Shown here piece after piece: positions 21,038 through 28,906 of a stretch of 64,000 nucleotides of DNA (within the stretch, counting starts at the first letter, position 1; every line of letters begins with the position of its first letter). Where the stretch lies: contig JABJGE010000042.1 of assembly GCA_018662405.1 (NCBI GenBank), positions 2,108-66,107 of the forward strand, read 5' to 3'. The stretch is from Campylobacteraceae bacterium (lineage in GTDB: Bacteria > Campylobacterota > Campylobacteria > Campylobacterales > Arcobacteraceae). The position numbers were made by a program, and so were the translations under genes. The notes under the pieces are model-generated. The model did not search any database. It was not told the origin of the DNA and was given only the letters and a program-made list of their open reading frames with translations.

Positions 21038-22249
21038 CTAGAAAATAAATTGTGCCCCAAATGTTAGAACCTTATTTACACCCTCACCATCTACAGTTTT
21101 ATCAAATTCTGCAATATGTATTGAATATTTTTCTTTCATCCCTTTTGCATAATAATTTAAGCCTACACTTTTAATTGTTTGATTTCCAGCTGTACCATTA
21201 CCATATTCTTTTGCAGTAGTAAAATGATCTGTATCTAAATCTGTTACATCAGCTTTTGTATACATTGCAGCTGGCTCAATAACTTTTCCACCTGATAATG
21301 GAATATTATATCCAGCCCTAAATGTACTAACTTTAGCTTCACCACCATCTCTAACCAAAGAATCTAACTCTCCAGAAAAGTTGAAATTTCCATAATTTGA
21401 TAATACATCAACACTTCTTGAGATATTATGATTAAATTTATCAGTTTCACCTTGGTATGTATAATTTAGTCCAACTGTTGTACCATTCCTTTTCCCAAAA
21501 TAATTTGTTGTATATCCTAATTTAAATTTTTTCATTTCTTCATCACCGAATGAATATGCAACTCTAGCTGTATACATCCATGAAGATTCATTTGTTGCTT
21601 TAGCTACAACATCACCATCACTAGCGGCATCATCTGCACCAGTAATTGCCGTATGGTTTGGATTAAAAATACCAAAATTATAATTTAATTTTTTATCTAA
21701 TGTTAATCCGCCAAGATTTATACCAACTTCTCTACCTGGTCCTCTCCCTACTATATGTTTTCTATAGTAAAAGTTAGAAAGTCCTTTTTCATATGCATTA
21801 ATTGTAAATCCAGATGTAATAGATTCTTTACCAACTTGTGGTCTAAAATAACCAAATGCAACATTTGCATATTCTTTATTAAATGAATGCTCAAAATATG
21901 CATCCCAAATATAGAAATCTTTATTAGCATTTGTATCATCATGAGGTGTTCCCATAAGAATATTATTATTACCTTTTCCTAAATTATCATATGCAAACCA
22001 TACTTTATATTTTGTATCTGCATTAACTTTACCTTTAACACCAATACGACCTCTTCTGATATATAAATCACTTGAGTCTTCTGCAACATTAGAGTTGTCA
22101 TCTATTGTATTCATTCCCCAAACTTGAACCATCTGAAAGATCTCCATTGAGCTATCTCCATCATTCCAAGTTAATTTTGGGCCAGCATGTGCAGCTGATG
22201 CAACTAATGCAGCAGTTGCTAGTGATAATAATATTTTATTTGTTTTCAT
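21038..22249 (-). CDS. outer-membrane porin (OprO/P-like)
   Basis: 403 aa. Signal peptide ...ASAAHA, beta-strand-rich, ends FGAQFIF. Confidence 0.75.
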   Translation of the reverse strand: MKTNKILLSLATAALVASAAHAGPKLTWNDGDSSMEIFQMVQVWGMNTIDDNSNVAEDSSDLYIRRGRIGVKGKVNADTKYKVWFAYDNLGKGNNNILMGTPHDDTNANKDFYIWDAYFEHSFNKEYANVAFGYFRPQVGKESITSGFTINAYEKGLSNFYYRKHIVGRGPGREVGINLGGLTLDKKLNYNFGIFNPNHTAITGADDAASDGDVVAKATNESSWMYTARVAYSFGDEEMKKFKLGYTTNYFGKRNGTTVGLNYTYQGETDKFNHNISRSVDVLSNYGNFNFSGELDSLVRDGGEAKVSTFRAGYNIPLSGGKVIEPAAMYTKADVTDLDTDHFTTAKEYGNGTAGNQTIKSVGLNYYAKGMKEKYSIHIAEFDKTVDGEGVNKVLTFGAQFIF

Positions 22250-22260
22250 AATTAATCCTT

Positions 22261-23934
22261 TTATTTATTCTTTTTGCCAAAGGTTTTATTCATCCATTTA
22301 TCAAATGAACTTAACTTCTTATATTCGTCTAAACCAAGTCTTTCTGCCGTTTTTTCAAATGACTCGTCAACATAAGTCATATTATGTACATCTTCTGTAG
22401 ATTTATTTGCTACCACAGATTTTGTAGTTCCTAATGCTCTAGCACCTTTTTTAATTGCCCATACAAATAATGTAATTAACATTACTAACCATACAATTGC
22501 AATTACAACTTGTACCCAATGGTTATCACTAAATAGTTGAGGAAGGAAATATGTTCCACCTACATCACTAGTACCAGCTTTAAAAGCAGCATCAGCAATT
22601 TGTGTACCAAGAATATCTGTTTCGTAATACCAATTCATATGTTCTTTATAAAATAATGTGAACGGTAAATAACCTACAGCAAAACCTGCAAATCCAACCA
22701 TAGTATTTGTATATCCTAGACCAATTCTCATATATGACCTAATCTCACAACCAATTAGTAAAACAGCACCCATACCAAGGATAAATCCACCTACAGGCAC
22801 ACCTGCAGTTAGTGCATATTTAATACTTCCAGTAAACCCATGTTGATACTCAAAGAAACCCCATGTAATAATCATAAATATAGACACAACAACCCACATA
22901 GCTGAAATACCAACTAGTGGCATCATTCCTCTAAATAAAGTTTTTGTAATTTTTGGTAATTTAAAATTATCCATAACAGTATCATTCTTTGTACAAAAAT
23001 GATGTGCTTCTGCAGTTAATAATCCACATTCAGTACCAAATCCAGATTTAGCCATACCAAATCCACCTAAAATACCAGCACCAAGAGTTAATACTACATA
23101 CCAAATACCTTTATGATCAATAGCTTTACTAAAATCACTTAATACTTCAGGATTTGTAGCATCTTTTGCATACTGCAACATCTCTGGATTTAATAATCCA
23201 CCAACAATTCCTACACCAAAGAATATAATAGAAAATCCTAATCCAAATTTTCTAATCCAATCTTTTTTAGGGTTATAATCAGGATCGTAACAAACACACT
23301 CAGACATATTCCCTTTATCATATGATTCTTTAGCATATTCAAGTACTTCTTGATGTTTAAAGTATTTTGCTTTACCAATAATTCCCATTAGGAAAAATCC
23401 AAACAATCCACCAAGTGACATAAATACTACAGCTACAAGTGAGTGAATATTCATCATTGGTACACCACCTAATAAGTGGTTAAGTGTACATCCACCAGCA
23501 AGTCTTGTTCCATAACTAAAGAATGCTCCACCAATAAATGCTATAAGTAGAATTTGCCAATCGTATTTAGCCCATCCTCTTGTTTCTTTTTCTAGTATAG
23601 CTACTAATAAACCACCTAGCATCATTCCAACAATTGGCCATCCTACACCAGGTACAAATGCACCACCAGTTGTAGCAACCCAACTTCCATCAGCTAACAT
23701 AACAGAAGCACCGTATAAACCAGTATCAGAAATACCTAGAGCTTTACAAACCCATACTTCCATACCTCTAAACATTTTTCCAAGGTCTGTTGTTACAGTA
23801 ATTGGTTTTACTACTGGTATTTCACCATTTGCCCATTTAGGAGCAAATAACCCAACCATATAAATTATCTGCGCAAGTCCAAATACAAGACCTGCCCACA
23901 TAAATGACCATTGTTTTGTTAATATCTTATTCAT
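22261..23934 (-). CDS. YeeE/YedE-family sulfur-compound transporter (long form)
   Basis: 557 aa, polytopic. Three Cys-containing re-entrant-type motifs: LAGGCTLNHLLGG, GFGTECGLL, LIGCEIRSY. Confidence 0.75.
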   Translation of the reverse strand: MNKILTKQWSFMWAGLVFGLAQIIYMVGLFAPKWANGEIPVVKPITVTTDLGKMFRGMEVWVCKALGISDTGLYGASVMLADGSWVATTGGAFVPGVGWPIVGMMLGGLLVAILEKETRGWAKYDWQILLIAFIGGAFFSYGTRLAGGCTLNHLLGGVPMMNIHSLVAVVFMSLGGLFGFFLMGIIGKAKYFKHQEVLEYAKESYDKGNMSECVCYDPDYNPKKDWIRKFGLGFSIIFFGVGIVGGLLNPEMLQYAKDATNPEVLSDFSKAIDHKGIWYVVLTLGAGILGGFGMAKSGFGTECGLLTAEAHHFCTKNDTVMDNFKLPKITKTLFRGMMPLVGISAMWVVVSIFMIITWGFFEYQHGFTGSIKYALTAGVPVGGFILGMGAVLLIGCEIRSYMRIGLGYTNTMVGFAGFAVGYLPFTLFYKEHMNWYYETDILGTQIADAAFKAGTSDVGGTYFLPQLFSDNHWVQVVIAIVWLVMLITLFVWAIKKGARALGTTKSVVANKSTEDVHNMTYVDESFEKTAERLGLDEYKKLSSFDKWMNKTFGKKNK

Positions 23935-23940
23935 ATATAA

Positions 23941-24921
23941 CTACTTACCAGTAACATACGATAAATTAGCTGGTTTTGTAAACTTTTTCTTTTTCATTTG
24001 AGATATAAACATATCATTTACACCATAACTCATACCTTGAGCTTGATAACCTAATATATTCATCCATGAAGAAACACTAATTGCAGCATGACCTGTCCAG
24101 CAATACTGGACAATACTTCGATCAGCTGGATAATTATTTAATGATCCATGTCCTTTTTTAGGACTAATTGTAGGCCATTTAAATTGTTTTGCACCATCTA
24201 CTCTTCCAAATTTACCATATGCTTTTTTACTACCTTGATTTACAATGTAGTGTGAATTTGCATTAGCTAATAAATCTTTTGCTAATATTGTTTTAAAACC
24301 TTTATTTAAAAAGTTATCTACCCTAGTAGCTAAGATATCTTTACCAGTTGATGCTCCAGTATTAAGAGATGGATTTGAATATTTTTTAGGCTTTGAAGCA
24401 TCATTCTTTGTCCAATTCTTATGTCCAATTGATTGATCTGTTTGGTGTTCTGACCATACATCAAATTTATTATTCCAACCACTCATACCAAATTTTAAAA
24501 CTTTTGTTGTTGGATAACCACTAAGTCTTAATGCAACAGCTCCTGCTGCTGCAGCTTGTCCATCATGAGATACAACTAAAATATTATCTCTTGAATTTAT
24601 TTTTTTTGCTGTTTTTAATATATTCTTAAATGATGTATGTATTGCACCAGCAATATGCCCATCTTCAAAATCTTCTATACCATTTTTTGGTGCAATATCA
24701 CCTTCTCTAATATCTAAGATTGTATAATCTTTAATATTTTCTACAAGGACTGCTGCGTGTGGTATCCAAGTTTTTCTATCCATTACTTTATTCATGTCAA
24801 GATTATTTGTAGACATATATTTAGTTAATGTATCATATTCATTATTAGCAGAAATATTTCCTGCTAATAATGTCGAAGCTACTAAAGCTAATCCTAGTTT
24901 TTTTGAAACTTTATTTTTCAT
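23941..24921 (-). CDS. periplasmic tandem rhodanese-domain sulfurtransferase
   Basis: 326 aa with a signal peptide. The first domain lacks the active Cys (VVSHDGQAAAAG). The second domain has it (VQYCWTGHAA). Confidence 0.7.
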   Translation of the reverse strand: MKNKVSKKLGLALVASTLLAGNISANNEYDTLTKYMSTNNLDMNKVMDRKTWIPHAAVLVENIKDYTILDIREGDIAPKNGIEDFEDGHIAGAIHTSFKNILKTAKKINSRDNILVVSHDGQAAAAGAVALRLSGYPTTKVLKFGMSGWNNKFDVWSEHQTDQSIGHKNWTKNDASKPKKYSNPSLNTGASTGKDILATRVDNFLNKGFKTILAKDLLANANSHYIVNQGSKKAYGKFGRVDGAKQFKWPTISPKKGHGSLNNYPADRSIVQYCWTGHAAISVSSWMNILGYQAQGMSYGVNDMFISQMKKKKFTKPANLSYVTGK

Positions 24922-24945
24922 AATTACTCCAATTGTTATTTTAAA

Positions 24946-25881
24946 CTATTTATTTTTTGGTTTTTTATAAACTTGACCTACCCAACCTTTTTTACCAGGC
25001 CAGTTATTGTCAAATTTACCTTTTACAATATTTTCATTTCCAAATGCTGCAGTCCATGCTTTCATTCCACCATTTAAAACTTTAACATCATATCCTAGTG
25101 CAGCAAGTGGTACCGCAGCTGATGCAGCTAATACACCTGTTTGAGATACTAGAACAATTTTTGTTTTTGTTTGAGGTTTTGGCATAAGTTGAATACCATC
25201 TCTAGATAATAACTTATTTAGTGGTACTTGATAAGCAGTTTGTAATCTACCTTCTTCAAAGAATGATTTATATCTAAGGTCTATAACTTTAACTTTTTCA
25301 CCTTTTGCAAACCATTGCTTAAGAACTTCTGGTTCAGTTAACCATGCCACAGGATTATTTTTACCAGCAAATATTGTTTGTAATGGTTTATATACAGGAT
25401 TATGATTAACTACAGGAAGAGCTTTTTTATCCCATACAGGTTGACCTTCTTTATACCAATAAACATTTTCATATCCTCTTTTTACACTCTCTACGGCTAA
25501 CTTATATGATTTCCAACAATTAACACCCATACAATAAAACGCTACTGGTGTATTCTTGTCTTTTGGTAATACAGAATAATCCCAAGAATCTTTTGAAATA
25601 TCAAAGTTCTTATTCTTTTTTGACCATTCAGTAAATGGCACTGACTTTGCAAAAGGGATATGACCTTCAAATTCATATTCACTGTAATGCCATCTTACAT
25701 CAAATACTTCTCCACCATTATGAAATACATCCATAATATCTTGAGGTGTTGCAATTTTGACTCTATCATCTTGAGGAACTTGAGGTGTTGGAACTTTGGC
25801 TGCCGACAATTGCGATGCACCAAAAGATACCGTTAATATCGCAGCAGCTGCAACCTTACCTAATTTATTCATTTTATTCAT
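24946..25881 (-). CDS. periplasmic tandem rhodanese-domain sulfurtransferase
   Basis: 311 aa with a signal peptide ...SQLSA. The first domain has the active loop FYCMGVNCWKS. The second domain lacks Cys (LVSQTGVLAA). Confidence 0.7.
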   Translation of the reverse strand: MNKMNKLGKVAAAAILTVSFGASQLSAAKVPTPQVPQDDRVKIATPQDIMDVFHNGGEVFDVRWHYSEYEFEGHIPFAKSVPFTEWSKKNKNFDISKDSWDYSVLPKDKNTPVAFYCMGVNCWKSYKLAVESVKRGYENVYWYKEGQPVWDKKALPVVNHNPVYKPLQTIFAGKNNPVAWLTEPEVLKQWFAKGEKVKVIDLRYKSFFEEGRLQTAYQVPLNKLLSRDGIQLMPKPQTKTKIVLVSQTGVLAASAAVPLAALGYDVKVLNGGMKAWTAAFGNENIVKGKFDNNWPGKKGWVGQVYKKPKNK

Positions 25882-25943
25882 ATTTTACTCCTTAAATTTG
25901 AATATAGAATTATAGGATTGTATGAAAGTTTTTTGTAGGTAAA

Positions 25944-25976
25944 TATATGTTAATTAAATATATATTTATGTTAATT
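25944..25976 (-). promoter_or_regulatory. candidate LytTR-type operator: 12-bp direct repeat at 21-bp spacing, upstream of the rhodanese operon
   Basis: TATATGTTAATT (25944-25955) and TTTATGTTAATT (25965-25976), 11/12 identical. A minus-strand TATAAT lies at 25909-25914 and an AAGGAG SD precedes ATG 25881. Confidence 0.45.
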
Positions 25977-26103
25977 CATAATATTTATTTTTAATATTTA
26001 TTTAAGAATACAAAATAAATATTTGTCTAAAGCAATGTAGACAAGTGATTGAGGTATTTAGTATATATTATATGATAGATGTTTTAATATTGAAAAGTTA
26101 TTT

Positions 26104-26144
26104 AATAATAAGATAATGTAGGTTAAATGCATTATCTTATTATT
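26104..26144 (-). terminator. terminator of the two-component operon
   Basis: Perfect 15-bp inverted repeat aataataagataatg/cattatcttattatt with an 11-nt loop, directly after the stop at 26148. Confidence 0.55.
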
Positions 26145-26147
26145 ATT

Positions 26148-26456
26148 TCAAGAATGGTTTTCTTTATTTTTAAATATCCAAAATATACTAATTATTAAGA
26201 AAAATCCATTTAGTATTCCCCAAAACTGATCTGGAAAATTTAAAAATATAATAGGATTATATGCTATTATTGGTAATATAAAAAGCGCGGTAAACCTCTT
26301 ATCTATATTATAGCTTTTAAACGTGTAGTACCAAAATATTACCCACAAGATTACTTTTATAATTTCATATATTCTTATATCTATCGTAAATATTGTTGGT
26401 ATTAATAATAATAACACAGCAATAACCATTAAAAAATCTCTTTTTAAATTTTTCAT
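26148..26456 (-). CDS. small polytopic membrane protein co-transcribed with the LytS/LytTR pair
   Basis: 102 aa with 3-4 hydrophobic segments. 11-nt gap from the response regulator stop. Confidence 0.5.
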   Translation of the reverse strand: MKNLKRDFLMVIAVLLLLIPTIFTIDIRIYEIIKVILWVIFWYYTFKSYNIDKRFTALFILPIIAYNPIIFLNFPDQFWGILNGFFLIISIFWIFKNKENHS

Positions 26457-26467
26457 TTTAATCCTTT

Positions 26468-27172
26468 TTATATTTTATATATTTCTCTGATTAATTTAGC
26501 ACCAGTTCTACTTGTATATACTTTCTCTTTTATATCAATAAAACTAATTTCATATTTAGCTTGCTCAATTATACGTAAAGAATAAATCTTCTCTGAATTA
26601 ATAATTGTAGATCTATGTACCTTCAGATATTGATTTTGATTTAATATCTTTATAAATTCAGATAGACTTTTTTGTACACAATATTCTTTATCCTTGGTTT
26701 GTATCATTGTCTCAGTTAGATGTGCATTGATTATATATATATCTTCTAGTTTTATAAAAGTAAATTTATTATGATCTTTAGCGATAATTACATCATCATT
26801 GTCTTGTAGCATATCTACTTTAGAACTTAGTACCTTGTCTAGTGCTTTTTTAACTGAATCTTCAGAAATTGGTTTTAATAAAAAATCAATTGCATTAACT
26901 TTATATGAATCTACTGCGTATAAACTATATGCAGTAGTAAAGATAATAAATAAAGATGGATTTTGTAAAGATAGAATACTAGCAGTATCAATACCATTTA
27001 TTCCTTCCATCTGTATATCACAAAAGATAATATCAAATGATTTAACTTTTGAAACTTGTATTGCTTCTTCTCCGGAAGATACTTTTGTTATATCAAAATA
27101 TTCAAGTTCCTTTAATATGCGTTCACATCTATCGCGTGATAATGTTTCGTCATCAACTATTAAGATTCTCAT
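26468..27172 (-). CDS. LytR/AlgR-family response regulator (REC + LytTR DNA-binding domain)
   Basis: 234 aa. Receiver domain (ILIVDDE..., FCDIQMEG) and a C-terminal LytTR-like region (YLKVHRSTIIN). 20-nt overlap with the kinase. Confidence 0.85.
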   Translation of the reverse strand: MRILIVDDETLSRDRCERILKELEYFDITKVSSGEEAIQVSKVKSFDIIFCDIQMEGINGIDTASILSLQNPSLFIIFTTAYSLYAVDSYKVNAIDFLLKPISEDSVKKALDKVLSSKVDMLQDNDDVIIAKDHNKFTFIKLEDIYIINAHLTETMIQTKDKEYCVQKSLSEFIKILNQNQYLKVHRSTIINSEKIYSLRIIEQAKYEISFIDIKEKVYTSRTGAKLIREIYKI

Positions 27173-28751
27173 GACATTCCTTTATATTAATTTTAAAATA
27201 AGTATAATTATCTTCTCTCCAATAGCTTAATTCACCATGACAATACGACTTAATAACTTGTTCTAAACTAGTAAGTCCAAAGCCTTTATTGATTTCATTA
27301 AATCCTTTTCCATTATCAGATACAATTATTTCTATTCCATTTACAGTATTGTATTTTATCTCAATATTTATCTCAATATTTTTGTCTGCAATAATTGCAT
27401 GTTTAAATATATTTTCTATTAATAACTGTATTGAAAATTTAGGTATCATCCTATCCAGCATATTATTGTCTATATTCAAGTTATAATTTATTTTATTTTC
27501 AAATCTTATCATTTGAATATCAAGATAATTTGATACAAATTCAAATTCTTGTTTTAAACTAATTAGGCTATCACTTCCAAGTGAATTTCTAATAAATTTT
27601 GATAACTTAACAATAGTGATATCTGCTTTTTTAGGATCCTTATATATTAATTCACTTAATACACTTAAAGCATTAAATAAAAAGTGTGGATTTAAATTAC
27701 GAGAAATATTTTTTAGTTTCATTGCAATTTGGTTATAGTTTTGCTCTATCTTTTTAAATTCTTTTATATAGTTATCTAATATAATATAAATTAAAAATAA
27801 TATAATAATAAATAATAATGAATTTATGGTTACTGATATAAACATTTCATGATGTAAGTGGTAAAAATCTTCAGTAACATCGACTACATTTATAATTTTT
27901 CCTATTGTTATATTATTAAAATTATTAATAGGAAATGCATTATGTATAAGATACTTAGAGTTTTTATAGTTTACTATTTTATATTCTTGCCCTTGTAAAA
28001 TATCAAGATTAGTAGTTTGAATAATATAATTAATATAGTCATTATTTCTAGGATTAAAAACAATATTATTTTCAAATTCTATTATATTTTGACTAATATT
28101 AATATTCTTTTTTAATATATTTTTTTGGTTTAATAAAAGTAATGGAATACTATTATTAAGTACATATAGTTCATTCATTAAATCAGATAAGTTACTTCCT
28201 AAACCAAGTGAACCAATATGTTCAGTATCTTTATATATTGGATTTACTACTCTAAGATAAAATCCATAGTACCCTAATTCAAAACCATAACTTTCTATCT
28301 TATGTTTATTTACATATGATACAATAGGTCTAAAAGTAGATAAGTTATCACCATACTTATCTTTTTTATGCATTCTTAAGAAAGAGGTATTGTCTGGTAA
28401 ATAATAATGCATATTATTAAAGTCACTATTAATATTTTTAAGTTTATTAAAGTATTTTTTTGAATTTATGTATAAATCTTCTAGCTCTCTATTTTGAAAA
28501 GAAGAGATAAGTGATTCATCACATCTTAAATCACTGAAAAAATAATTAGCCAATTTAATTTGCTTATCTACATATAATGATATATACTTTGAAATTAATT
28601 TATTTTGTTTTTTAATATTATTTTCAATAATTTTCTTATGTTCATTATAAATAAATAATACATTTATTAATGATAATACAAATATAACTAAAGATAAAAA
28701 AATTAATGTTTTAAACTTTAAAATTTTATATGCATCTTTGAAATTTAAAAT
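27153..28751 (-). CDS. LytS/YehU-type sensor histidine kinase with N-terminal TM and Cache-like extracytoplasmic domain
   Basis: His_kinase H-box NPHFLFNALSVL plus a GHKL domain (DNGKGF...GFGL). The track ORF starts at TTG 28553, but the frame stays open to 28760. That upstream segment encodes a TM helix (KTLIFLSLVIFVLSLINVLFIY) behind AGGAG-N6-ATT (28749-28751). Confidence 0.7.
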   Translation of the reverse strand: MLNFKDAYKILKFKTLIFLSLVIFVLSLINVLFIYNEHKKIIENNIKKQNKLISKYISLYVDKQIKLANYFFSDLRCDESLISSFQNRELEDLYINSKKYFNKLKNINSDFNNMHYYLPDNTSFLRMHKKDKYGDNLSTFRPIVSYVNKHKIESYGFELGYYGFYLRVVNPIYKDTEHIGSLGLGSNLSDLMNELYVLNNSIPLLLLNQKNILKKNINISQNIIEFENNIVFNPRNNDYINYIIQTTNLDILQGQEYKIVNYKNSKYLIHNAFPINNFNNITIGKIINVVDVTEDFYHLHHEMFISVTINSLLFIIILFLIYIILDNYIKEFKKIEQNYNQIAMKLKNISRNLNPHFLFNALSVLSELIYKDPKKADITIVKLSKFIRNSLGSDSLISLKQEFEFVSNYLDIQMIRFENKINYNLNIDNNMLDRMIPKFSIQLLIENIFKHAIIADKNIEINIEIKYNTVNGIEIIVSDNGKGFNEINKGFGLTSLEQVIKSYCHGELSYWREDNYTYFKINIKECHENLNS

Positions 28752-28781
28752 AATACACTCCTATAACTATATAATATAATA

Positions 28782-28790
28782 ATTATAACA
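28782..28790 (-). promoter_or_regulatory. extended -10 element (TGtTATAAT) for the kinase operon
   Basis: The minus strand reads tgttataat, about 25 nt upstream of the AGGAG SD. Confidence 0.35.
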
Positions 28791-28800
28791 TATACTAAAT

Positions 28801-28816
28801 TATATATATATATATA
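28801..28816. repeat. (TA)8 dinucleotide microsatellite
   Basis: tatatatatatatata, read directly, just upstream of the kinase -10 element. Confidence 0.9.
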
Positions 28817-28844
28817 TTCCTTTATAATATAAATTTAACAAATA

Positions 28845-28878
28845 AAAAAGCTCCTATTAAACAATAGGAGCTTTTTTT
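28845..28878. terminator. bidirectional terminator after purF
   Basis: aaaaagctcctatt-aaac-aataggagcttttt, a perfect stem flanked by A and T runs. Confidence 0.75.
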
Positions 28879-28906
28879 AGATAATTAATTTTATAATAGT
28901 AAGTAA

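Noticed and set aside
26799-27230. 143-aa plus-strand ORF
   Set aside because: It is antisense to the well-supported LytTR response regulator and kinase 3' end. It has no SD and a low-complexity S/I/F-rich product. Other antisense track ORFs inside strong genes were treated the same way: 5399-5617, 5990-6274, 6830-7018, 10298-10537, 13894-14136, 14546-14818, 15421-15663, 16443-17072, 18825-19022, 21751-21942, 27289-27486, 30796-31047, 32891-33088, 34363-35146, 45614-45808, 46042-46248, 50574-50756, 54702-54905, 56413-56598, 58370-58994 and 59924-60112.
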